A stretch of DNA of 64,000 nucleotides from the human T2T-CHM13v2.0 reference genome, Homo sapiens, in the NCBI RefSeq assembly GCF_009914755.1, contig NC_060929.1; one strand, 5' to 3'. The position numbers were made by a program, and so were the translations under genes. The first letter of the stretch is position 1. Every line of letters starts with the position of its first letter. The notes under the pieces are model-generated. The model did not search any database. It was not told the DNA's origin and worked only from the letters and a program-made list of their open reading frames with translations. Shown here piece after piece: positions 29,801 through 43,221 of the stretch.

Positions 29801-30758
29801 TAATCTCCCAGTGGATTCCCAAACACTTATGGATAAACCATATAGCTATTTTCTTCTTCGAATCTTCTACCAGGATTGTACTCAGTCACCCATCCACGTT
29901 CTCTGGCATTATTCTCAGGCCCACTTCTAACACATGCACTCTGCTCCAACCGTTACCCCTGTTTGTCCTTGAATGTGACACATTTAACCTTTGGATATGT
30001 AGTTCCTAAAATTTCACTGGAGTTCCTTCTTAACAAACACATTTTACCAGCCTCGTTTTCTACTAAGAGCAAAATATATTAGTGCAAGTTATTTTTCTTC
30101 CAAAGCCTTCCCTAAATTGATCTCAGTCAAATGCATCTCTCCTCGTGCACCACTGCCTGCGTGTTCAGCACTGCTGTTGCACTATCAGCACTGTGATACA
30201 ATTATTTCTTCACAAAACTGCCTCTGCTTCTTGTCTTAATTTCACTAATCATTGCAGCGGCATATTTTATCAATGTAATCTCCAAATCTAACAAAGCAAA
30301 TGGCATTTTGTTAGTTAAATTTATGTTGAAGCCACAACTTTTGAAGTGAAATAGGGTTTTAGCATTTGTCTTGTTCTTCCGCCTTATCAATGTACATAAT
30401 AAAACTGGGCTCTAGGAGGCTGGATTTACCAATGTCAAAGATTTATATCGTAAAAACTGAAGAATACTAGTTCAATATTCCTTCTTCGGTTTCTAGATAC
30501 TTAATACATGTTACAAGTATGTCTCAGGGGAGTTGTCCTGAATTCATAATGCATTATATAGCCCAAACTTGTATTGTCACTTCAATCATTATGTTAAAGT
30601 AAGCAAACTTTGCTCTGCTACCCTCTTTCCTATTGCCTATTAACTCTTTACAGAAATTAACCTACATTTGATTTTCTGAAAACCTTTCTTCCCTGAAACC
30701 AGTTGCTCACAGAGAAGCAAGACTGATTGTATAACGATACATATATGTCAATAAATAC

Positions 30759-31326
30759 AGTAATTCATTGCTTAGTGTGTGTCATTAGCCTATTTCCTCA
30801 CTGGGGAAACCCTATAAAGTGTAGTTGAACTAGATGGTACAGCCTACTGCACACTAAGACTATATAATATAATACTCTCTATTGCTCATGGGCTAAAAAC
30901 CTGTACAACTTGTTACTGTACTGGTTACTACAGACAATGTTAACACAATGGTGTGTGTATCTAAATATATCTAAACATAGAAAAGGTACAGTAGCTCTCT
31001 AGTTTAATTAGATCCCATTTGTCAAGAACACATGGATGCAGGGAGGGGAACAAAATATAGGGACCTGTTGGGATTTGTGGTGGGGGTAGAGAGAGCATTA
31101 GGGAAAATAGCTAATGTATGCTGGGCTTAATACCTAGGTGATGGGTTGAGAGGTGCAGTAAACCATGGCACATGTTTACCTATGTAACAAACCTGCAGAT
31201 CCTGCACATAAAACTTTAAATAAAACTAAAAATTAAAAAAAGAAAAGGTACAGTAAAAATACAGTGTTATAATTTTATGGAACCATCATCATTGACTGAA
31301 ACACCATTAATGTGGCACATGACTGT
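30759..31326 (-). mobile_element. Tigger3a/MER7A (TcMar MITE) interrupted by an L1
   Basis: tacag...catgactgta ends. Internal aacctgtacaacttgttactgtactg and ctaaacatagaaaaggtacagta. A second copy lies at 42417-42740. Confidence 0.85.
30994..31240 (+). mobile_element. L1PA (about PA8-13) 3' end with a 32-nt inverted 5' piece
   Basis: Perfect 15-bp TSD agaaaaggtacagta at 30979-30993 and 31241-31255. Confidence 0.9.
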
Positions 31327-31399
31327 ACATTGATACTACATTACTTTCCTTCTTAAAAGTAAACAATGTCTTCAGTTTCTCCAAATATTAAGTCCCCAA

Positions 31400-31905
31400 T
31401 TATTTCCTTAAAGGGGCTTTGTAATGTCGAGGCTCTACTGAGAAGTGTAGCTTTCTCTCTCTCCTCACTACATCTTCTTTCCTAAACCACAGGTACCTGA
31501 GTCTTTGAGCCTTCACTGCACAAACTTCTTTCCATCTCAGGATTTTTACACATGTTAATTCTCCACCACGAACACTTATCCATTCCCAATGACCACACAA
31601 AACACATCAGCATTTTGGCCCTGATTGGCTCATTTTCATTTTTAGATATCAGCCTGATTATTCCTTCCCCAGAGAGTTCTTCCCTCATCCTCCATCTAGG
31701 TTTTACACTGTGTATGTAGTAAGTTTTTTTCACAATTCTCATCATTGTTTATACTTGAATATTTATTTGTGTGAATGTCAATTTAATGTTAACCTTTCCC
31801 AATCTATCTGCTTTTTTCACTACTATATAAACAATGTGTAACATAGTGACCGGAACACAGGTCACTGTGCATTTTAAATAAATGCATTTTGAGTAAATGA
31901 ATATA
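31400..31905 (+). mobile_element. L2 3' fragment
   Basis: CT-rich body ending atagtgaccggaacacag...gagtaaatgaat. Confidence 0.6.
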
Positions 31906-32444
31906 TCCTATATAGTATTCAACCTTTGTCAAAATAAACTCGATTATAGTCAAGCTAAAGCACCAAACAATAGAAAACAAGGAAAAGGCCATGACTAAGT
32001 TAGTATACTATTATATGTAATATTATTCTTTTGTTTTTAATGTAGAAAAATATTTTATAGCATATATTGTTTAATCTCTATGAATATAATGACAAGTATG
32101 TTGCATAAGAAACAAAGAATTCTAGCTGAAAATGATTGATTATATTTAACTTTGTAACTTTTGTAACGAATGCCTATAATTTTCTTTACAAAAGAAAAAA
32201 TAAAACAAAACAACAACAACAAAAAAAAAAAAAAAATAAAACTGAATGTATTTGAAGGCCCACTAGGCTCAACTTTTAAATTAAATGTCTTTGTTATGTG
32301 AGGTCCAGTGCAATTAAATGTTCATACATTCATTGGATAAAAATCAATAAAATAATAGAACATACCTTCTGAGAATAATGTAATACCAATGTTAAAAACA
32401 ATTCATTTCCTTAAAGTAAATACCTGTTGAAATACATCAGTCTA

Positions 32445-32773
<329 letters not shown>

Positions 32774-33341
32774 ATCAGTCTACAATTAGTTATAAAGAAA
32801 AACAATTTTTGGAATATATATTTCTACATTATATTTGGGAATATTTTAGAATTTTATCTCTGTATCTGTGTGAAAGTATCAAAGCATGATAAAAGAATAC
32901 TGTATGTATATCCAGAAAGGATATTAAAAATATTATTTAATACAAATCTTGCTTTTGTACAAAACAAAACCCGAGGAAAGATGTGGCCATAAAAATGGCA
33001 GACAAAGCTGATCTAGGCATTTCTCTTACTATGAACAATTAGAAATGGTATATAAAAATTCAAACTAAAATACAATACAAGCAATCTAGAAACAGTAAGA
33101 GATAATCCCCAGGGGAGAAAGAAGGGAGGGAGGACTTAGGGACATGGAGGCCATTCCCAACTGTCAGATAGCCCAGTGCCTCTGGGGAAAATTAACTAAG
33201 TACACGCTCTAGGCACCAATAATTTGATTTTTACACCTCCTGAAGACTAGAAAAAATAGACTTTCATTCTCCTTAAGATATAGAATTAGAATGGAGCTGT
33301 CTGAAGAAAGCCAAAACACTTAAAATCAACTCCCTGAAATT

Positions 33342-33438
33342 AATGGGTGCAGCACAGCAACAGGGCACATGTATACATATGTAACTAACCTGCACATTGT
33401 GCACATGTACCCTAAAACTTAAAGTATAATAAAAAAAA
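33342..33438 (+). mobile_element. Very short 3' end of a young L1PA (PA2-4-like)
   Basis: gtaactaacctgcacattgtgcacatgtaccctaaaacttaaagtataat followed by an A-tail. Confidence 0.88.
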
Positions 33439-33948
33439 TTAGACTATATACTCACCAGCTTTAAAAAGTAGCAAAGAATTTTGTGGTTATTAGGAGTTCT
33501 TGGTAAAAAAAGTTTCATATGAGAAATTGAAACTCAAACCTACAGCCCAGATAAAAGGAAATATATGTTTTATATTTTAGTGTTGTTGTTGTTTACATTA
33601 AGTGTATACATAAGAATCAGTAGTTAAGAATTAAATCCATATTTATGAAACCATTTGTTGACAGCAGTTAAAAAGATAAGTGGCTCTCTATGAATATTTC
33701 TCAAGTTAAAGTTTAAAGGGATTCCACTAAGAACCCCATTTTTTCCCATCATAAACCACTGGAGACCAGTGAATATAAAAATGTTAAAGATGTACCAGGA
33801 TCAAATCTCCACTTCCAATAGTGAATAGACAAAGGAAATATGAGAATGGGAACATCGAGCACACACACGGAAAATAGAAAACTTGAAAAAGACTGTTATT
33901 TATGTGGTTTGGAAGAATTGAAGCAAGAAAAACTAGATGTCAAAATGA

Positions 33949-34261
33949 GGCCTGGTGAGGTGGCTCCTGCCTGTAATCCCAGCACTTTGGGATGCCGAGG
34001 TGAGCGGATCACTTGAGGTCAGGAGTTTGAGACCAGCCTGGCCAACATGGTGAAACCCCATCTCTACTAAAAATACAAAAATTAGCCAGACATGATGGCG
34101 CACACCTGTAACCCCAGCTACTCGGGAGGACTGAGGCATGAGAATCACTTGAACTTGGGAGGTGGAGGTTTCAGTGACCCAAGATCACACCACTGCACCT
34201 CAGCCTGGGTGACAGAGTGAGACTCCGTCTCAAAAAAAATAAAATAAAAATAAAATAAAAT
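33949..34261 (+). mobile_element. AluS (Sx/Sz-like), full length
   Basis: Dimeric Alu with an (AAAAT)n tail. Confidence 0.95.
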
Positions 34262-34598
34262 AGGAGAAAATAAGGCAAAAGGAAAGAGACATTTTAAGAC
34301 AAATTCAAGTTAATATTCATACTTAATTCGAAGAGCATAGGATAATGATTTAATTTAGTTCAAGACAGCATTAATACATTAGAGATAAAACTTAAGAAAT
34401 TATATCAATTAGAAGTTTTAGAATGAAACGAGGATGAAACAAGTTCAAATAATTGTTCAAATAAACAAGAACAAAGCAAATCAATATATTTGATTAAGTA
34501 AATATATTTGATTAAGTAATTAAGTAAATATAATATACTTAATTATATTTTTCTAATTAGGTGTAAAAATCTTAATCAATTAAAAAGTACTGATATTA

Positions 34599-35193
<595 letters not shown>

Positions 35194-36587
35194 TTACAGG
35201 GCTAATCAATGTAAGGTAGGGTCATTAAGGCAGTCATTAATCCAACATCAGTGATGTTCTTATAAAATGGAGGGCTTTGGACACTAGATACACATACAGG
35301 AAAAAAACTGTGTGAACCTGAGATGGCTGTCTAGGAGAGAGACCTAGAACAGATCTTTCCCTTCGAAGGAACCAATCCTGCTCACCTCATGATTTCAGAC
35401 TTCCAGCTTCCCAAACCGTGAGACAATAATAATATGCTGTTTAAGTCACCCAGTTTGTGCTACTTTGTTACGGCAGCTCTAGGAAATAAATACACAGACC
35501 AAAAAATATAAAAAGAAAAAAATTATCTGAGCCAAGGTATATTAGCCAATCCAGAGAACACAAGGGACATAGTGGTAATCCTGAAATAAGCCTAAGAGAA
35601 AGAAAGACAATTTAAATGAAATTATAGCAGGCTTATCAGCAAAAATAGAATCCAGTATACAATATATCTTCAACAAAACAATAGTGGAAAAATTCATCCT
35701 AGAATCCTTCACACACACAGAAAAAAATGGTAATTCAACAAAGAAGAAAAAAATGACCATTCAAGATCAAATACAAAAATAAATCAGTAAAGGTTCTACA
35801 TAAACAATAAGGAAATCAAACTGGGAGGAAGAAGGGGATAGAAGCAATCAACAACAAAGATATTGATAAATGTGTGTAAGTCTAAGCAAGAGTGAATGTT
35901 TAAATGATTTTAGCAATAAGGACCCATCTGGAAAGTACTTTATAAAACAAAGAAACAAAATGCTAGACAAAAATAATGTGAACAAAGAGAAAGTAATTAG
36001 TGTTTAAATATCCTAAGGTTTTTGTATTGTTTAGAACTGTAAAGGTATCAACTTTAAACTTTATGAAGTATATCTGTTAAAAATAAATAGAGTACAGTCA
36101 TAGTTCAGTAAAAAGCAAATTGAAGCCAGGAAGAAGAAACTGGATATAGAAGCAGAGAGAAGCAAACAAAGTGTTAAATATGTTAGAAATGTAAGTATAT
36201 ACTTTATACATTAATACTAATAACAATAATTATTATTATTTGGAGGTTTAAAAATAACTTGGTGTATTATGAAAGTGCATGTAGAACGTAGAAAACAAAA
36301 TATGTAACTGAAATTTGAACATTCTATGTCGTTGTTGGAGAAGTAGAAGGAGATATTATGTTTTGACATGGAAGTAATAAATACATGCAAAAAATTAAGA
36401 GCAATCACAATTGCAAAAAGCATAAAACATAAAACCACCAAACAGATAGAAACTCCAGTAGACGTCATTACAGGAGAACAAAAGAACAACAAACAAAACA
36501 AGAAACAACCTAATCAACAAAAATTTGTTAAGCAGAAAAAACAAAATAAATCTGTAATGGGTCCAAATGCATTAAAAATTACAGTAG

Positions 36588-37182
36588 AAACGCTTTTACA
36601 CTGTTGGTGGGAGTGTAAATTAGCTCAAACATTGTGGAAAACAGTGTGGCGATTCCTCAAGGATCTAGAACCAGAAATAGCATTCCCAAAGGATTATAAA
36701 TCATTCTACTATAAAGACACAAGTACATGTATGTTTATTGCAGCACTATTCACAATAACAAAAGACTTGGAACTAACCCAAATGCCCATCAATGATAAAC
36801 TGGATAAAGAAAATGTGGCACATATACGTCATGGAATAATATGCAGCCATGAAAAAGGATGACTTCATTTCCTTTACAGAGACATGGATGAAGCTGGAAA
36901 CCATCATTCTCAGGAAACTAACACAGGAACAGAAAACCAAACACCGCATGTTCCCACTCATAAGTGGGAATTGAACAATGAGAACACATGGACACAAGGA
37001 CGGGAACATCACACACTGGGGCCTGTTGACGGGTGGGGGACTGGGGGAGTGATAGCATTAGGAGAAATATCTAATGTAGATGATGGGTTGATGGGTGCAG
37101 CAAACCACAATGGCATGTGTATATTTACGTAACAAACCTGCATGTTCTGCACATGTAACCCAGAACTTAAAGTATAATAAAA
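36588..37182 (+). mobile_element. L1PA7/8 3' end
   Basis: ggattataaatcattctactataaagacac and gcattaggagaaatatctaatgtagatga. Approximate TSD aaaaattaca(g/a)tag. Confidence 0.92.
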
Positions 37183-38309
37183 AAAATTACAATAGGCACA
37201 ATGGAATAAAACCATTGTTTAAAAAAAGAATTGTCAGATTCTATAAAAAAACAGAAAGTTAAAACTCATTTCTATGTGGATAAGAAAAGAAGATAAATAT
37301 GATATATATCATTATAATGATATAATTGCTTGGAGAAAATATTTAAGAGCATTTTTACCAAGAGAATCTTTTTATCAGAATTTTAATATCTCATTAGAGA
37401 GACTCTTCAGAAAAAAGACATTAGAACTATATATTATTTAATGATAAACTAAATCATTTATCTGCAACCTGTAATTCTGAACTAATAACTATTTTGGAAC
37501 TTAACTTCAGAAAGGGAAATTACAAAATTACAAGAATATTGACACTTGTAGTCATAGTAAACAATTTTATCATCAATTCCACAAAGGGAAAGCCAGGATA
37601 TTTAAACACATTTGAATTGAGAGTGTCATAAACCATTAAAATACACTGAATATACATATTTTGAATATTTAATTCTATTTCAAAACTACATTGTTATGAT
37701 AATTATTGACACTAATGTGCCAAAACAGAATTTTCATATTATCAAATGTGGAAAAATCTATGATTTTTTTGGAAGCTTTTTTTTGGAAGCTTTCACTTAC
37801 ATGTGTGTTAAGTCTATTGAGAACAAATAAAATAAGCCAAAATAAGTCAAAACCAGCTTCTGGTAGTATAACCAGAAGTATTATCCGGAAGACGTAACAA
37901 CCTTAGGGATGAGGAGGATAGGAGAATATTGTCTTTTTGTGTGTGTGCAGATTTTAAAAAAAATAAATTTAATATGGGAGAAGAAAGAGGCTCTTTTGCT
38001 AGCATGACATTAAAATAATTTAAAATAAATAAAGTCTCAATAGACTATTGAGACTTTATTTATGTTTCAAAAATTATTTTATTATTAAAGTAATATAACA
38101 AATGAACTTTTATTGTAAAAATACCCAATAATATGAGCAAATCAAATGTTTCCCTTGTTGCTTAACGAATATTACTCCCACACTCACAGAAACAATAGAT
38201 AATACTATTGGTTTTGGTTTGGCCTTCCAGGCATGAATTATGTCCTAAAAAAAAACACTCTTGCATATGCACACAAATTGCATATACATACAAATGCAAT
38301 ATACACATA

Positions 38310-38735
38310 ATTTCTCAACCCTGGCACTATTGCAATTTTGGACTGGATGATTATTTGTTGGTGGCTGGTTGTTCTATGTGTTATAGAATATTTAGCAGGA
38401 TCCCTGGGCTCTACAAACTACATACCAGGAGCACTACACCTATAGTCATTTAAAACCAAATCCCAGGAGGGCGTTAAAACTTTCACGAACCCTATACCCT
38501 TTTGCACTTGTAGGTCCTTTTATCAATTAAAAAATAAATTTGATTTACAAAGAAAACTGATAGAAACAATAATAGAATGCAGGTTGAATAATACTCATTT
38601 TCATTTTTTATTCTGATAAAAATGTATTAAAACATTTTCCTAGGCCAATTGTAACTAATAGACAAGCCCTGGAAAAAAAAATGTTTCCAAATATTGCCAA
38701 ATGCCCTCTAGCATCAAAGTCACCTCTGGTTTAGC
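38310..38735 (+). mobile_element. MER20 (hAT-Charlie) split by a ~200-bp insert
   Basis: tttctcaaccctggcactattg...tttagcaggatccctgg in the 5' part and aaatgtttccaaatattgccaaatg in the 3' part. Confidence 0.7.
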
Positions 38736-38744
38736 AAAATTGTT

Positions 38745-38775
<31 letters not shown>

Positions 38776-38786
38776 CACACACACAT
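38745..38786. repeat. Interrupted (CA)n microsatellite
   Basis: Read directly from the sequence. Confidence 0.95.
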
Positions 38787-40769
38787 AGATTAGTATGTTT
38801 GTATGATAATATAAAGTTCACAATGTGAATAAATATATACACTGTGCCCATAATGTGTATTGCTGAACTTTAAAAATTTGTCAGTGTAGACTTAGGAAAT
38901 GCTTTCATTAAACATTTGCTGAATTATTCAAATAAAATATCACTTATTCTCTAAAAACATAATTAACCTTAATTAAATCTGATTTATTTAAAAAACTCCT
39001 AAGTTACTACAAGCTGAATATAATATACTCAAATAAAATTCATTTTCTCTGCATCCAGTTTGTTGGAGGACTGTATCTAAATAGTTGTTTTCATGATGAC
39101 TACTGGAAAAGTTATATATTCACGTAGAATTGTGTGCTATAATTAATTTTACATGACACCATGTCATCATGTTGTCATTTGTATAAGATTCAGATGTCAC
39201 GTTTTGATATAAAAGCTTTCCCATTTCAAGGAAGCTATGAAAACATGTTTATATAGTTATCATCTTGACAATATTGGATGACAATTGAGACCTTTTCTTG
39301 TTGTACATTTAATTTTTAATTCAGAGTTTATGATGACATAAAAGCTATCTTTTTTCTAAAAAGCTTGAAACTTTCTATTTCCTTTTACATGATTTATTCT
39401 CTCTTTAACCTAAAATTCATTTCTTTAATTTGAAAATACATATTAAATATCTTCATATTAAAAAAAATTGAAGGTTGTCTTCTAAGTAATGAAAAATATA
39501 GAATAAGGTCAGTGATAGTGATGATGAGAGACGTATTTTATGCCCTCTATATTGCAAAGTGATTTTCATTAAGGAACTGGATATCTCAATTTTTTTGACA
39601 CCTCCGTAACTAATCCTATGAACACGAAGAGGCCTCTTAACTGTTTTGAGCATCGCTCCTTTCTATCACTTGAGGAATTCAGCAAAATAGTTTCTCAGTT
39701 TTTTTATTTCACTGGAACTTTTTCCTTACCCTCTGTTTCTTGTAGTTGTTTTTGTTTAATAAAGAAATCTACACCTATTTATTCACACATCATAGGACAC
39801 AGGTAAACAGATGAGTGAGTGGGAGAATTTTAGTAACCAAGTTCTTAACAGATGTAAGCAAAATCTTCAACATACGATTTATATCTAGAGAAAATTCTAA
39901 CAGTTATAAACAGATACACCATAAATACAGTGAAGATAGAGAACGTCATTCTTTTGTTTATTCAGAAAACAATGTTTTTATTAACTTTTATTAATGAACT
40001 ATTTTTAATGTCAATATAGCCAAGATTCTAAGGCAACATTGGTAATAGATTAGAATATTTTAGCCTAAACAATATGGCACACTATTTGGTCTCTTATCTA
40101 TTCTTTTTAATTTTTATTCCTATCCTCTTTAATGGTCAAATAGTGCAATGTGGACAAGATCCACTTACAAATACTTGGAGATAAACATAGAGTTTCTTAA
40201 TTTTCTTAAGAAAGACTGTTTAGTCAGTTAAAAACATCATCAATGGTGTTTTTAAAATGAAAATAATATGCATTTATGGAGCACAACATCTAGCTAATCA
40301 CAAGGACTTAGCACTTGAAATTTATGAAGCATATTGCCAGCAGCTTTGCTTTAGCAAAACAGACATGATTTTAAATGTCTCCTTAGTTAAATTATATCAA
40401 TTGCAGATGTTTAAATATTCCTAACATATTACATTAATAATCCACACACTTCACAATAACAACCTTCACCTCTAGAATATTTCATTGGTAAATATGAAAC
40501 ATAAATCCAATCTAGTCAATAGTTAATGACTAAAAATAGGAAGTCAGATGTATTTTAAATTATAATTTCTAGTCCCTAACATAAGCAATTTCACTGCTGC
40601 ATCATTCTTTTTTATTTAATAAAAAAAATTTAATACAGGTGTTAAACCGAAGATAAAAAGGGCTAAGGAATTCATTTTTCTCAACTGCTATTAACTCTGA
40701 AAACCAGTACCCTCATGGCTTAGAAAGTCCTAGGTCAAACAAAATATAATTTCAGTCAAAAGAGTGCAA

Positions 40770-41390
40770 AGAATTACTATATTAAAATAATAATTTTATT
40801 AAACAAAACATCATGAACAAAGTTAAAAGACAAATGTCAACTGTGAAAAATTATTAATAACTTTTATCACTGACAAAGAACTACTGCACCTATTATGTAA
40901 AGAATTAATAGGGCTGATAAGTTAAACAGACTAGAAAAATAATGTAAAATAAAGGCCATAAATAGGCAGTTAATAAAAAAGAAATAATTACATCTCCTCA
41001 AAATTGGAAAACATCATCAATTTTACTCATAATACAAGAAATATAAATTTAAAGTACACGGGGATATCTTTTTTTCACCCATCATGTTTGCATAATTCCA
41101 AGTTTTAAAAACAACCCTATGTGTTGTTATCTCTGTAAAGAAACAAACACTCTTACACATCATTGGCAAAGGGAGATACTGCAACATCTATGGAGGAGGC
41201 TCTAGTGATAGCTATCAAAATTAAACTTACTTATCTTTGAATCGGAATCTCACTTACAGAAATCTCTCCTACAGATATACCAATATGTGTGCTACATGAT
41301 ATGTGTACAAGGACATTCATAACATTATTACATGTAATAGCAAAAAAGTAACAAGAGACAATAAATACTCATTAAGTTAATAATGGGAGA
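40770..41390 (+). mobile_element. Old L1ME 3' fragment
   Basis: aaagttaaaagacaaatg, gaaacaaacactcttacacat, tgtacaaggacattcat. Confidence 0.7.
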
Positions 41391-41677
41391 GGGGTGAGTA
41401 CATCAGTGAAAGTAGTGAGGTAGAGACTTCCAAAAACTCATCAATAAAAGTACTGATTAATAAGACAGAATTTGTTTAATCATTTTAAATAATCACTGCA
41501 ATCATTAATATGGCTATCAAAGTTTATAGTTCATGGCAAACTTTCCAGTGAATTACAACATTTGATCATTCTACTAGGCAGGCACTATGACAGGTACTGT
41601 GTGTATAAAGATACAATAATTCCAGAACCTGATCCCAAGACATGTATGATATAGTTTTTTGAGGTAGACTTCTTACC

Positions 41678-42012
41678 CAGGAGCTCAAAAACATTTCCTG
41701 TGAATGGTCAATACTGAATATTTTTGAATTTGTGAGTCCTACTCCCTCTGTTGCAACTACTCAGTTCTGCCATTATGGCATGAAATTAGCCATAGATAAT
41801 ACATAAATAAATTTGTGTGTCTATGTCCCCATAACATGTTATTTATGGACTCTAAAATATAAATTTTATATAAATTCCAGGTATCACAAAATATTATTTT
41901 CTTTCCATTTTTTTCCCAAAATTTAAAAAGGAAACAGAATTGTATGTAGGCAATACAAAAACAGACAGTGGGCTAGCTTTGACACACAGACTGTAGCTTA
42001 ACTGAACCCTGA
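41678..42012 (+). mobile_element. MER58B (hAT-Charlie)
   Basis: ctctgttgcaactactcagttctgccatt...agccatagataatac...aaaaacagacagtgggc...accctgatcta. Confidence 0.85.
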
Positions 42013-42416
42013 TCTAAACCATAAACCAAACTTTATAATATACTTCAATTCGTAATCAAAATGTCAACAGTATTTTTCAATTTTACAAAGATGCAAGGAA
42101 TTAAAGAGACTTAACAATTGTAATACAGGAAGTAAATGGATGAGTTATAACTCAAGCTTAGCTCCTCACTCAGTAATTATTATTATCTCATGAAGACAAG
42201 AAGTCTATTATAATGAGCATTATGATGTATGACATGAATTGTAGGATGTGTGTAATATCTTAAGTAAAATTATACTCTTATTTACAACATGATTCATTCA
42301 GCACTATTCAACTTTTGAAAAATGAAAAATAGACTAACTAGTCTGTTAGTTTTTACACGATTTTTTAAAAAGAACGAACAAATTGTTTTAAAATTATAGT
42401 GACTAATTATTATATA

Positions 42417-42740
42417 CAGTCGTGCTTCATTTAAGGATGGAAATACATTCTGAGAAGTGCATCGTTAAGCAATTCTGTGTTTTTGTGAACATCACAGGGT
42501 ATACTTACACAAACCGAGATGCAATAGCCACACAGGCACACAGGCTATATGGTGCAGCCTATTGCTCCTAGGCTAGAAACCTGTATAGCATGTTACTGTA
42601 CTGAATACCATAGATAATTGTAACACAATAATAAGTATATGCATATCTAAACATAAAAACAGTACAATATAATATGCACTATAGTCCATCATATATTCTT
42701 TCCATAGTTGACTGAAATGTCATTATGTGGCACATGACTA
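42417..42740 (-). mobile_element. Tigger3a/MER7A
   Basis: ta-cagtcgtgc...gcacatgact-ata inverted termini; cctattgctcctaggcta. Confidence 0.9.
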
Positions 42741-43221
42741 TAATTTGTTTCAGGAGAAAATCAGTTACTTTTTACTAAATTTGCTACTATTATTTTCTTA
42801 TCGTAATCCTTCAATTATTTTAAAAGATCTTTAACAAGTAATCAGATCTATGAGATATATCCCTCCGCTAGTTTGGATACTTGAACTCTAATGGCAATTA
42901 CATGTTGGAAAAAAATGTGACTTATGGATTATCATATATATTTATATAAGTAATACATGTATATATACATATATGTGTTTATACCTCTGTATACAATTTA
43001 TCATTTATTATTACAAAGTTCTCTAAAATCATGGCTTTAGCCACATGTATATATATTAGTAAAGAATAATATATATTGATTAATGTCAACAGAATTAATT
43101 ATATCATAATAAATCTAATCATTGAGAAAATGTTTAAAAATTATTATAAGAAACATAAGGGAAGCTAGTACATATCAAAATACTTGGGCTTGAACTCTTA
43201 TTAAAAATTTAGTAAAGTAGA

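Noticed and set aside
36368-36862. 164-aa ORF
   Set aside because: It is a chance fusion of A-rich old L1-like sequence with an L1PA7/8 ORF2 C-terminal fragment.
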